A DNA stretch of 59,343 nucleotides from Octopus bimaculoides (taxonomy: Eukaryota), in assembly GCF_001194135.2 (NCBI RefSeq), contig NC_068990.1:13421907-13481249 (forward strand), in the 5' to 3' direction. The position numbers and the translations under genes were made by a program. This document shows positions 23,891-37,414 of the stretch, one piece after another. The notes beneath the pieces were generated by a model that was given only the letters and a program-made list of their open reading frames with translations, ran no database searches and was not told the origin of the DNA. Each line of letters begins with the position of its first letter. The stretch's first letter is position 1.

Positions 23891-24317
23891 AAAAAAAACT
23901 TCAATGAATATTGCGATGGTGATGTCTTGGCAAAATCAGCAAGGCGAGGATGAATTTTCTTTACCTCCACTGCTAGAGCACTGCAAAGGAAGTCTTTGAC
24001 TTTCACCCCTCATAGATTGATAAAATAGCTATTAGTCATGTACTGAGGTTGATAAGAACAATCATAAACGTTCCTCAAAATTTGTAGAAATGTGCTTAAA
24101 TTAAGAATCAAAAATATATATAGAAGATTAGTTGAACAAAATGCTTTATAGCATTCGAAAACATCAGATCCACCCTTTTTTTCTGTTCAAATCATTCTGG
24201 AGCTGAATTAGATATCTTAGTTCTTCTGCACTTCTATGTCCTCGCATGCCTCTACGGGGATAAAAACATAACAGGAATATAAACAATAGCATTACTACTG
24301 CCCCTGCAACTAATATT

Positions 24318-24917
24318 GGTTTCGAATTTGGGCACAAGGCCAGAAATTTCGGGGGAAAGTGTAAGTCGATTATAACGACCTAACGTTGAACTGGCACTTA
24401 TGTTATCGACCCCGCAAGGCAAAGTCGACCCCGGTGGAATTTGAACTCAGAACATAAAGACAGATGAAATACCGCTAAACATTTGGCCCGGCGTGCTAAT
24501 GTTTCTTATTTCTTTACTGCTCACAAGGGGATAAACATACAGGGGACAAACAAGAACAGACAAAGGGATGAAGTCGATTGCATCGATCCCAGTGCGTAAC
24601 TGGTACTTAATTTATCAACCCTGAAAGGATGAAAGTCGACCTCGGCGGAATTTGAACTCAGAACGTAGCGGTGGACGAAATACCTATTTCTTTACTGCCC
24701 ACTGGGGGCTAAACATAGAGGGGACAACCGAGGACAGACAAAGAAGGTAGGTCGATTATATCGACCCCAGTGCGTAAGTGGTACTTATTTAATCGACCCC
24801 GAAAGGATGAAAGGCAAAGTCGACCTCGGCGGAATTTGAACTCAGAATGTAGCGGCGGACGAAATACCGCTAAGCATTTCGTCCGGCGTGCTAACGTTTC
24901 TGCCAGCTCGCTGCCTT
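24318..24917 (-). mobile_element. SINE family B, head-to-tail trimer
   Basis: Three cores, each with ggaatttgaactcagaa; two carry the alternative tail; one intact head at 24901-24917. Confidence 0.9.
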
Positions 24918-25625
24918 CCCTGCTACAAATATCGTCATTCCCTTGGCTACGCTGAAACAAATCCATCACCACTTCGAAATATAATTGTTACGATTACTGT
25001 CACTAATACTATACGTAATGTACAAGTATTATTAAGATAAATAAATGTCTTTAAAATACTATTATTGATGTTGCTGCTGGTGCTGCCTGTGTTACGAACA
25101 ATGTTACTGTTACTTTTGTTGTTTTTTCTCCAAGAAATCAATCGAATTTTGCATTTAACTAGTTTCCTTCCTTTTCCAGTTTAGCGTAAATGCGCTTCAG
25201 TTAGAATTCATTTGATGCAATTTTCCCTCCTCAAAGCAAAAATAATCTGTGGCACAGGTGTGAAGTAAACTGATTCCGTAGAAATGCAAATAATAAAATG
25301 TATATTAGATAGTTAATTATAGGCCATCGATTTCATTCGATTTGAAAGATAATCTTTTTCTTCAGTAGATGTTTAGATGGCACCAGTTTTATTTCCTTTC
25401 AATGCTGAAATGTCCACCACTTAATTTGATAGATTTATTGCTCGGCATTTCAAAGTTGGACCTTTTGCTAAAACTGTCGATTAAAAAAGACGATTCATGA
25501 AAACTTTTATGTTGTTTTCCCTCCTTACGTAACACCATCAAACAATTGTAAAACACACGTCTGTATACAAATATACCACATGTATTATCATCCAGTTTGC
25601 AATAGCCATCAACCGCAATTTTCAG

Positions 25626-25705
25626 ATTCCATTTGCAAGACTTTGCGGCTCATATTTTTGAGGTAGTTGAAGCACCACTCAGCAGCAAACGTGGTATATT
25701 CTCAG
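25626..25705 (+). CDS. Candidate exon FHLQDFAAHIFEVVEAPLSSKRGIFS
   Basis: aattttcag acceptor and CAG|gtaagt donor; exactly one frame open. Confidence 0.35.
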
Positions 25706-25939
25706 GTAAGTAGGCTGGAGCAAAACCAATGAATTGCCCGTATGCATAAATGTTTAATGGAGATCGCTATAAATATATTTATACACAGGGGCTGAATAAG
25801 TTTAATTCAAACAAATAGAAAGGGTTCCATTAAGACGTAGATTAAACTAATGAGCTTGCCAATGAAGTGATAGCGGATTTTTATAACCTAAACTACCATG
25901 ACTTTCTCTTATATTGACTAAGCCAATCTAAATGTGAAC

Positions 25940-26300
25940 TTAGCATCTCTTTCACACGGTGTATTTGGTAGAGTTCCTCCTGTGAAAGGCGGTATGTTGG
26001 TATTGATACATTTTCTCTAATTAGATTAGTTCGGTAAGATTCATGGCTTTGAGATTCGATCTCTCGCTCTCATCTAGTGACTAGATTCAAAATGAATTTC
26101 GCCATTGGAGAATATAGCCCAATATTAGCTGCTCCTACGCACGGTACACTCAGTAAATATAGTATTCTACCTGTGTAAGTTTGCATGTTATAACTGTTCC
26201 GTAATTGGATTAGATTAGTAAATTTCTTGGCTCTGAGATACTATCGCTTTCCTTCGTCAAGTAGCAAGATTCAAAATCCACTTCGCCGTCGGCAATTCTG
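25940..26300. repeat. Old tandem duplication, two diverged units of about 185-190 bp
   Basis: Collinear anchors: ttagc..cacggt..cctgtg; attagattagt (26020, 26209); tggct.tgagat; agattcaaaat (26083, 26267); ttcgcc. Confidence 0.7.
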
Positions 26301-27304
26301 TTTTCAAATAAATGTGATACTATGAAAGCTCCAGTGATTTGCTTAATTTAGTTAAATGTCAATAGCAAAACTATTGTGTGAAAACTATTTTTAAGAATAT
26401 TTATATTGTAAAATATTCTCCCATTTCTCTCCTTTCGAAAACATTGGGAATTCTTAAGGTTACCAGCATTGTTTGGAAAGAAAAGCACGTTTGATATTCT
26501 GCTTGGTGTGCAACTTACACTTATTAACTCAATGAGCCATGAATTTTCTACAAGTAGGAAGGAACATTATTTTCAAAAAAAAAAAGCTGCCTTGTTTACC
26601 GCTTATAAACCATTGAAATATATACACTGTCAAGTCAAAAGGAACAATGCAAATTAAATCAGTAAATAGATGCATAGCTTCGAAAGAATTGATAAGTGAT
26701 TACCAAAATATACGGTACTTTTCGCTTTTTTGCTTACATGGTTGTCTTATTGGAGTTAAATTTTACTGGGATATCTTTGCTATTTATCTTAGTGCAGGCG
26801 CAAATAATAAATACTGCTAATATGTTTAAGCATTCCCAGTTGCTCAGTAACGAATTACGGCAGTGGTTAAAATGTTCAGAGCTTCAGTCCAAGGGAACGT
26901 AGAATTTTCAAAATATTTAAAACTCTTATATTTAAGTGTGCTCCAATTATATTTTTTAAAAAGGAGCGGTCAAACTTTATAGATTAGGGCCTTGTCAAGT
27001 TCGCCCTCGTTTAAATTACAATCTAAAATTTAGAATCTGGGAATTAATATAAATCCACAGATACATTTATATTCTTATACATATGTAAATATATATTATT
27101 GTAATTGATAACATTTTCAATGAGATGCTCAATTCAATGCAATATCAAATACTTTTATGCTCCTTTTACAGGCAACAAAGACTTACATAGTGGACCTGAA
27201 ACAGGAATGTCAATTTGAGAGTATATATACCATTTCTAAGGTGTAATCGAACTCTTATCGTTAGCTACACCTCTTGTTTTACCAATCGCTAATATAAACA
27301 TGCC

Positions 27305-27745
27305 TTTCTACTATAGTCACGAGGCCTGAAATTGGCGGGGGAGACGGTAGTCGATTATATTGCTCCCCAGATTGGCACTTATTTAATCGGACTTTGAAAG
27401 GATGAAAAGCAAAGTCGACCTCGGTGAAATTTGAACTCAGAACGTAAAGACGGATTAAGTACAGCTAAGCATTTTGCCTGCCATGCTAACGATTTTGCCA
27501 ACCTGTCGACCTAATCACGTATATAAATATTAAATCGTAATACAAGTCCAAGCACATTTTGAGGAAGTTTATAGCTGATTATATCGATTTCATTACTTGA
27601 CTGGTGCTTTCTTTCATCGATCCTTCGAGGATGAAAGGCAAAATTAACTATGGCCAGAGTTGAACAGAGGTCTTAAAGGGCCATAATTAAATGCCCCAAG
27701 CATTTTGTCCGAAACACTAAAGATTCTTCCAATTCACAGCCTTAA
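27305..27745 (-). mobile_element. Two adjacent diverged SINE family B monomers
   Basis: Cores at about 27390-27450 and 27620-27670 (ggatgaaaggcaaa). Confidence 0.8.
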
Positions 27746-27909
27746 TTCACCAATAATTATTGTACACCAATTCCATTATCTTCCTCATAAATCTTTACCA
27801 ACTACAAACTAGCCTGCTTCAGTGCTTTCTGTGGTATCTAATACATTACAAGGAAGAGCAAAATATTTAATGAATGTTATTTTCGTTCATTGGTATTTTA
27901 CTTTTGTAG

Positions 27910-27951
27910 CAAGTTTTCTGGCTACATAACAGATGAGCTACGAGAAAGATG
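27910..27951 (+). CDS. Candidate exon KFSGYITDELRER
   Basis: tttacttttgtag acceptor and ATG|gtaagc donor; exactly one frame open; 42 nt. Confidence 0.35.
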
Positions 27952-29521
27952 GTAAGCTAAGTTTAAATAAAGGTTATTGGAAAAGCGAAATCAATTAAAG
28001 AAAAGAATTGCATCAGAATATAGTGACACAGGGCAATATATTTTATTGTAAATTTTGTCTTCAATAACAGTGAGTGGTACACTTGAAATGAAGTGTTTTT
28101 ATATCTATACTTGTTATTTGCATCGCTTATTTTGGAATTACATAGTTTTTGATTACATAATGAAATGAGAGTGAGGTGTGCATGTGGTTAAGCCCGATTC
28201 ATCAAATATTCAAATACTATTTAATATTATTCTTATAGATCCTGTATTTGTATGTATGTACTATTATGTATGGTGTGAACGTCTTGTATAATTCCGGGGA
28301 ATTAACCAACTCTGACAGTGAATACTGTTACATATATAATAGGCTGAATTTATATGTATCAGATTAGCAACCTAAATGCTAAAGGACCAGGCTATGGTTC
28401 TTTGCTGTTATTGTTTTCTTAAGTTTCCCCAAACGTATTAACAAGTATGTTTACCTTCAAAGGAGACGCGAAATTAAGACCATCGTCACGCATTATTAGG
28501 AACATGCATTTTGCTGTAGGACGCTCACTGACTTTAATGCATTAACAATTAGGAGAAATATTTTTTGAAATTCAGACAACTAAACATGTCGTGCCTGCTA
28601 CCTCAATAAAGATAACTCACTTCACTTATGATATTTCTGCAGTCTCTGAGGAGCAATGAAATCGAAATGTATGATTTCCAAATATGAATGCACTCTTTCA
28701 TATACAGCTCGCATATCACATTCACTCATAAGTATGAAATTTCTCAAATAGATATATCTCCCGCAGATTTGTTTTATATCTTGAATTGCTTAAGATAATA
28801 GTTATGTTTGACATTACAATTTGCTCTAATCGTTTTTACAAATTACCTTCAATTTGCAACATGGTTTATTTCTTCAAAATTTTATACAACAACCACAAAC
28901 AAAAAAGCAGCCTTACCTAGGTAGAGCTTTGGAATATTCTCATGTATCATGTTACAACTTTATTAGATTGCAATAATAATGATAGAATAATCTATGAAGC
29001 AAAGAAGCGGGGTAGTTTACGTGCTGTTCAAAACAACATTTTTCACACCAGTATATAGATTATTCCAAGCAATTTGCATGAATATCAGTAATATTGATAA
29101 AATTGTAATAGTGCATAGAAGGTTCATGCATGACATTGATGCTATTCAGGAATCAAGAGTAAATATTATTTATTAATCCTGTAGATTTCTGGCTCCACCT
29201 GAAAGTGTTCTATACAAAAAGTATATTGAATCAGGTTTTAAAATATAATGTATAGTTATTTATTCGCATTTAAAATTATTCTCTAGCCAAAATGATTTTC
29301 CTATCATGATCAAAATATCCTGATGGCTAACTGATAATATGATTATACATAGATACACACACATATATATATGTATGTGTGTGTACACATACATACCTGT
29401 GTATGCACACACGTACATATACACGTACATACATGCATACACATAGACACACACACATATATATATGTATATATATATATATATATGTGTGTGTGTGCAT
29501 GTGGATATATATATATATATA

Positions 29522-29589
<68 letters not shown>

Positions 29590-30676
29590 TATATATATAC
29601 ATATATGTGTATATATTCATATGTGTATATATGTATATATATATTCATATGTATAAATATGTATATATATGCATGTATATATATATATATATATATATAT
29701 GAGAAATGGCTAAAATGTGTCCTGTTTATAATAATACCATATATTACATATATATTATATCCCCGTTGACAGGCTGCTGGTATTTGTAGTGCGTTAAAGA
29801 CTTCTGCCATGCAAATCAGGGACTCCTTCATAGAGTAACTGCTGCATTTCTTGTGTATATGAATAGTTTGGCTGCTTGTTTCTATGGAGACTATCAGAAT
29901 GATGTAGACGCCTATCATGAGAACCCAATGATGTTCGAAAATCGGAGTCGAAATTGGTGGACTTGTTCCAAAATTTGAAATCAATATTTAATCTCGATTG
30001 AATTTTAAAACTTATAATTTTAACCCTTTAGCAATGAGATTGTCAAATGTAATGCTTATTTAACCAAATTGTTTTGAATAAATTTTGTAACTCAATATTT
30101 ATTTGATATAAAATGATATGGTCGGGTAGGTGTGACAGGTTGGATCTGCCCGTCCAGAACATGAAACGGGTAGAATCTTTTTAGTCACTTATGGCTGAAA
30201 GGATTAAAAAATAAGAACATTATTTTTGGATGATCAATTCTCGTACATGTAGCACCGCCAAACTTGTAGCTGATATCTTTGTCATCCTTTAAAAATCTTA
30301 ATCAGATTTAATGTCTAACAATATTTTATTACCATGAAACGTATTCAATACTTGAATTTTCATCATGTAATTTTGTCATAAAACCTTTTAAACATCTGAT
30401 ATTTGAGCATTACTTATAACTATGTGTATCGTTTTCCTTCAAATATTTTTATCGTTTCTATATTTACCATTGAAAAAAGCTGTTGAAACCGGTATTACAT
30501 TTTAGTAACATATTTATTTTAAAAAATAAACTACAAATAGTTTTATGACCCAGATATAATTTTTAACCCTCAAAACGAGTCTCATACACATACCCACGCA
30601 GACTCATATATATGGGTACAGACACGTACAACGTCACCATTATGTACGTATTTATGTATGCGTCCATGTGTATATC

Positions 30677-30869
30677 TTTTCTACTCTATGCACAAGGCCC
30701 GAAATTTTGGGGGAGGGGACAGTCGATTAGATCGATCCCAGTACGCAACTGGTACTTAATTTATAGACCCCGAAAGGATGAAAGGTAAAGTCGACCTCGG
30801 TGGGATTTGAACTCAAGACGTAAAGACTGAGGGAATATCGCTAAGCATCTCGCCCGACGTGCCATCGTT

Positions 30870-30872
<3 letters not shown>
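30677..30872 (-). mobile_element. SINE family B monomer, head replaced by (AT)n
   Basis: ctactctatgcacaaggcccgaaattttggggg...gatttgaactcaag...cgcccgacgtgcc. Confidence 0.9.
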
Positions 30873-30917
<45 letters not shown>

Positions 30918-32234
30918 AGCTTATGCGCTTCACCACACTCAAAGAGAGATACGGACACACATACGCATATATGTACGTATGTATGTATGTATATATACAT
31001 AGATAGAAAATAACTTTGCACTAGTAATAATACGGGCAAATTCCGAAAGACACAGGTAAAGGCATAAACATACGCGTTAAGATGCTGTTAGCTATCATCT
31101 GTTCAGTTGCAAGAATAAAAGTATACAACAAAGCAACGTTGACAAAATCTTCATGTATTTATACACAATCACAAACGCACATTCTTACACGTATTTATAT
31201 ACAAATGTATGTGTGTATATCTCTGCCTATTAGTGTATATGTGTGTGTGCGTGTATGTGTGTTTGAAGCAAAAAAAAAAAAGACGCACGCACGCAATTCA
31301 CGCACAACGCCATTGCTCTTCAAGAGAGTTTGGAGTTGAGAATGAGACCAAGAGTTTGGGCTGTGTTTTAAGATTGTTTCTAGTAGAGCAAGGGACTATT
31401 ACTGAATGTATTCTATACCTTGTTACATTTTTTTTTTTTTTTGCATAAATAATTTTTCCAATAAGCCCTTCCTTCTTTTGATGGCAATGCACTTGAGTTT
31501 AGAAATATTTAGCTGCGAGATAAACAGGGTCGAATAATTAAGTAGAGGCTCTCTCACTGAGTCCAGATAAAAGATTTTGAAATACCTGTATGCGGATTAT
31601 GTAGACCGCAAATGAAAATTTTTCCTTGTTTGGTTTACTTATCACTCATGATCTGAAAAATTGAGGAACAAGGCAACCGTGTTGTTTTCTCTAAAGCTAA
31701 AGTCATTGTTCCTAAAACAGAAATTAATTCCTCGTGACAGTGTCCATTATTCGAGTAAAGTAATTTCATTGTATCTGATCTAAGGGAATTGAAGTCCTAT
31801 TACTGGAATATAGAGAATACAAAAACGTATTTCCTTCCTTTTCTCTTCAATTTTAGTTTCTATCTTTTTTAAGTCTTTGTTTATTTTTGTAAAGTTGTTC
31901 TTCGAATTTAAATATAATTTAAAGTGATTAAATAAAAGGAGTGATAACCAAAGATTTTCCGGACATTAACTTTGTGCTTCATTTCCATCAGTACGCGATG
32001 AGGTAGACTGATAACGGCGACTGTCTAAGAACAAGCTTAGGATTAAGCGAGCAGGTTGCAACAAAAAAAGCTATTAAGAGACAATCGAAGACAAACTATT
32101 CATCAGTTATCTGAACCTGATAAATATTTCATTCTGTTTAGTGAAAACATCCCTTTACTAAAATCATCGATTAACTTTTAATTCCGTCCATTTATTCTTG
32201 AAAAGAATTACAAATATATACAAGCGAAAAAACG

Positions 32235-32237
<3 letters not shown>

Positions 32238-32310
<73 letters not shown>
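32238..32310. repeat. (ATT)n microsatellite
   Basis: Directly visible. Confidence 0.95.
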
Positions 32311-32314
<4 letters not shown>

Positions 32315-32989
32315 TGTTTTTGTTGTTGTTATTAACGAATAAAAATTGACTTCTTTTGAACAGATATTCAACTGAAGTTAATGATACAAAAAAGAATCTA
32401 ACACCGTATTGTAAAAAGTGATTTCAATACACCATTAAGTAATTACGTTTCCGTTAGAACCTTGGGAGACGTACGAAGGTAACGGTTTCTTATCGAATAT
32501 AGGACTTATTTTATTGAAGGATCTCTATCTCATATTCCATAAGAGCACGGTATATTGTAAGTTGCTTTATCTTATTTGTTTTTTCTTTAATGAGATACAG
32601 TCAGCTGGCTGACTGACTTATTTCCCGTTGCCATTGCTTGATTTTTCGTTAGTCGGAAAATATATCACGCGCCGCTTATAGAGACGTTAAATGTTTAAAA
32701 TTAGCTAGTCGGGAAGAGTGAAGACTTGGGTTTTAACGACTAAAAGAGTGGAGGGTTGGAATTAGAAGGAAAAGTCTTATTCCGGGAAAACCGCCTTATC
32801 ACCTCATCTAATTGTGATGATTTTCTGCTTTCCATCAACTGCGTGGCACCTTGAACAAGACAGAAAAATATATATACGCGTTTATACAAATATCAAGATA
32901 TTTTTTTCCTGAAAGAGACATCTGCAGACGTATCATAAAATAATATCAGGCCGCAGAATGAAATATTAAAACTTTATTAAACTATTAAT

Positions 32990-33340
32990 CAAAGCCGAAC
33001 AATAGACATGAGTTGTGCGATACAAATTCGTTAATATGATACTGTATCTTTCGACATCCGCATCTGCGTAGATCATACCTTCTCTTTCCATAAAAAAATT
33101 TTTATAACCAAAATAACTGAACATAATAGGTTCTTGTTTCTGTGTTTTTTTCTCATTCTGTTTCCGAGCATGTAATTTGAATCTACGTGGATTTCGATGA
33201 GTATCGAGATGTTTGATACCGTGAATAACCAGCTTATGAAATTAGTATGTAAACGGTTGAACATCTTCGAAGCAAAGTGTAGAAAAATAAGCATGTCATA
33301 CTACAACAAGGGTGGACTTTTGAACGGCAGATAAAAATCT
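32990..33340 (+). pseudogene. Possible heavily decayed LINE reverse transcriptase relic
   Basis: IYVDF, then frameshifted FDTVNNQLMKLVCKRLNI, resembles the RT motif DFxKAFDxV. Weak. Confidence 0.3.
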
Positions 33341-34193
33341 ATCAGACGTTCATATGAAATCAATTCACACAATTCTAAGTCTAAGGCTTGGAGCAATCCC
33401 AGGCTACGATAATGCAGCGGGATCTATCCATGATTTTGTAAATGGAAAGTTAGCTTCTTCGACATTCAGCTACCATTTGTTCCTTGCCTTGATGTGATTA
33501 CCTAAAACTGTTTTAATTTTATGTTCCTAATGTCCCACAGAAGTTATAGTTATTCCACCCCTCCCGTTCTGCTTCTTCTGTTTCCTTGCTTCTCCCCTTC
33601 ACTGCTATACATATCTCTCTCTTCCTCTCCTCCCTGTCTCTCGTCACTCACCTTTGGTCCACTTCCTCACTTTTCCTCCCTCTATCACCCCTCGTTGATC
33701 ACATGTGACCTGTGGTCACTTCTACCTTTCTTACTCCAGCCAGCATAAAGGCAAGACGAAACTACTATCTCTCTCCGTTCAGCTTCGTCATATCACAGCG
33801 TTCAATATCTCATCGCGTTTGGCCCTACGGCCTTTAATTTTCTTTTCACTGTCTAATGTTTCCTGTCTTGGTTTGTATTTGCTACCTTGGAATCCTCTGT
33901 TAAGCAGGTTAATCCACTATTCAGGAAGAGCTATTCTAAGAGCGCGTTCTGCTTCATCTTCGAAACGCCTAGTTTAGAATAGAGGCAGCTGTTGAAGGAA
34001 AGGTTCCATAAGTGGCTCGTCTGTTTTCCTAGGTGCTCGTTCTGTTGTCTGTAAACAAAGTCCGTTTTTGTGCTTTATGTCCCCGTTCCTTTTTCCGACG
34101 TCCTGTACCCGGATATGCATCTATATATACATGTAGATGTAGGTATGTACATATATGTATGTATATATGCATATGCTCACATATCATTTGCAT

Positions 34194-34227
<34 letters not shown>

Positions 34228-34263
34228 NNNNNNNNNNTGCATATGCTCACATATCATTTGCAT

Positions 34264-34345
<82 letters not shown>

Positions 34346-34452
34346 GACAGAGAGAGAGACAGAGATAGATAGATAGATAGATAAATAGATATATGTATAT
34401 ATATGTATACATATATACATACATATATATATATACATATACATATATATAT

Positions 34453-34486
<34 letters not shown>

Positions 34487-34514
34487 ATATGTATATATAT
34501 ATATATGTGTGTGT

Positions 34515-34573
<59 letters not shown>

Positions 34574-35414
34574 CAGAAACTAGAACAAACCAAATAAAAT
34601 CAATCAAATCATATTTTACACCACGTAAAATAACTTGTTGGTCTTTAGTAACTCTTAAAATATGCATATATGTATATGCGTGTATATGTGTGTGTGTCTC
34701 TATAGGCGTGTTCATGTGTATTTAGGGGTGTTAATATACAAAGTGTCCTGGGAAATTAGTTCGAGTTTTCACCTTCAAAGATTATTCGTGATTTCTCGTA
34801 AGTTGGTATGCCTTCGGGAGAAGATAAATCTTACGCTTCGGCTTATGTGACGTAAACTGAAAGAAAGGGAGACTGAACATGTTTCCAAATGATTAACTTG
34901 AGATAATATTGAGAATATGTAAGTTAGAAGAAATTGTGAGGTGCGACTGAGTAAACATAAGAAACGAGAATACGTTGTGTAATTAACAAAATGGCAACTC
35001 ATCGAAGGTGAATGGATCGCTATGATTATATTGGCGTATATATTGCAGGTCACTGGACAGAGTGATATCATACTTCGTACGTGCTAAAGATGTCTGAGGT
35101 GATAGTGGGTGACTCACGATTATTGTAATTATCGTAGTAGTGAAAACATGCGTTAAATGTGGATGGAAGGGAATGAAGTAAAGATGTTGGTCACGAGATC
35201 GGGGACTGAAAAAAAGAAAGAGAGAAAAGACGTGGGGATGGAAATGGGAATAATCGGAATAAACAAGAAGGAAACAAGAGGATTATTTCGTAAGATGACT
35301 TGTTCTCTTTACGGGTGGAGAAGTAGAGCAGGATGTGATAATCGGATGATATGATTGCATAGCTGCATAAGGACTTATACAAAAACTAGAATTGGCTTTA
35401 TATATGTATGTATG

Positions 35415-35459
<45 letters not shown>

Positions 35460-36129
35460 ATATATATATATATATATATANNNNNNNNNNNNNNNNNNNN
35501 NNNNNNNNNNNNNNNNNNNNNNNNNNNNNNNNNNNNNNNNNNNNNNNNNNNNNNNNNNNNNNNNNNNNNNNNNNNNNNNNNNNNNNNNNNNNNNNNNNNN
35601 NNNNNNNNNNNNNNNNNNNNNNNNNNNNNNNNNNNNNNNNNNNNNNNNNNNNNNNNNNNNNNNNNNNNNNNNNNNNNNNNNNNNNNNNNNNNNNNNNNNN
35701 NNNNNNNNNNNNNNNNNNNNNNNNNNNNNNNNNNNNNNNNNNNNNNNNNNNNNNNNNNNNNNNNNNNNNNNNNNNNNNNNNNNNNNNNNNNNNNNNNNNN
35801 NNNNNNNNNNNNNNNNNNNNNNNNNNNNNNNNNNNNNNNNNNNNNNNNNNNNNNNNNNNNNNNNNNNNNNNNNNNNNNNNNNNNNNNNNNNNNNNNNNNT
35901 CCACCAAGGGAAGGTATGTCGGAAGAAAGTAATTTAACAACGCGGGTTGATGAACCGTAAGACGTGTGGCCAGAACCTCCTGGAAAATAACCATAGCGAG
36001 GGACATTCCACAGTTGAATTAGAACAGTCACAAACAGTGAAAGAAGACATGCACCCAACACCAGAGCTGAAGACACCTCCAAAAGGGGGTGGCCCCGCCA
36101 CGTCAAAACGGTAGAGGAGTAGGGGCCGA

Positions 36130-36300
36130 AACCGGACGTGGTTTCCTCCTGATGATGTCTTCAGCTAACTGGATCCTATAAAGGAGCTGTTGTGGTAGCA
36201 GACCACGAAACATGGTTGAAATTCCTCAGAGGATAAACAACAACAAAACCAACGCTGGCAGATTATCTCTGGTCAGGGTATCTCAGAGTATTCAATTAGA
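36130..36300 (+). pseudogene. Possible Penelope-like RT N-terminal relic
   Basis: KPDVV...YKGAVVVADHETWLKFLRG*TTTKPT resembles the PLE pattern DIVI..ADKG.AVVVMD..Y..K...L......PT. GC content is above background. Confidence 0.4.
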
Positions 36301-36457
36301 TAAGGTGAATTAGAAATAACTCATGTCTTGCAGCTGTGTCTGGGATATCCCAGGCGATGACTTAACATCTCCATACACTGGATAATTCGTCATCAGAAAC
36401 AAGGTGTGCATGCAGGAAAGACCGAGATACAGAATTCACAGTATATAAAATAAAATT

Positions 36458-36535
<78 letters not shown>

Positions 36536-36673
36536 GCACACACACACACACACATATATATATATACACACACACACACATATACATTTATATGTATATA
36601 TATGCATATATACACATTTATATATATATATGTATATATGTAAATATATATACATATATACATACATATGTAC

Positions 36674-36736
<63 letters not shown>

Positions 36737-37370
36737 CATATAAACAAAACTGCAACGAACATTTTTTAACCTCAGACCAGAGAAACACGACACAGGTTGG
36801 AACCTGGTGATCAGGAAGAAACCAAGATAATTAACCTCTCAACTGAACCTCTTTGAAGCACAAAGATAGTCATCCTCTCAAAAGGGATGAAACATGCGAG
36901 ATCTGATCACTAAGTATCCAGAGTGTTGTCATGGTAACGAAGCTAATGCACACATCTGCATTAAGTTCTGACGTTCTAGCTCACTTCCGCTAATATTTCG
37001 ATGTCGTTATATTTCATAAGCCAGAAGCACCCCTGGAATAATGAATCTTACAAGAGTTGGAGGCTCGTGTTTGTAAATTCAGCAAAAAATTGTTATCTGC
37101 TCGGTACTGGTATCTGCCATCTGGCAATAAAGCTTCGGCGAACACTAAGAATCGAAAGGAGGACTTGTATATTTATTCTTATATCGTGGTAGATTTGAAC
37201 ATGTAGATGCTAATGGCAGCTGTATTTCGTATATGTATATATTCATATACAAATAAATTAAATGTGTTATATATACTTGAAACAGCAGTAGATAACTAAG
37301 ATAAATTTACTTATTTTGCCTACCTATTTTTTCTTAAAACGGTATTAGAAATAATGTGTGTGTGCGTGCA

Positions 37371-37414
<44 letters not shown>

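Noticed and set aside
24318-24917. CRISPR-like or regularly spaced repeats
   Set aside because: The repeats are SINE bodies without unique spacers, there are no cas genes, and the context is eukaryotic.
34178-34290. Direct repeat tgcatatgctcacatatcatttgcattatg on both sides of a 10-N gap
   Set aside because: Most likely an unmerged contig overlap, i.e. an assembly artefact.
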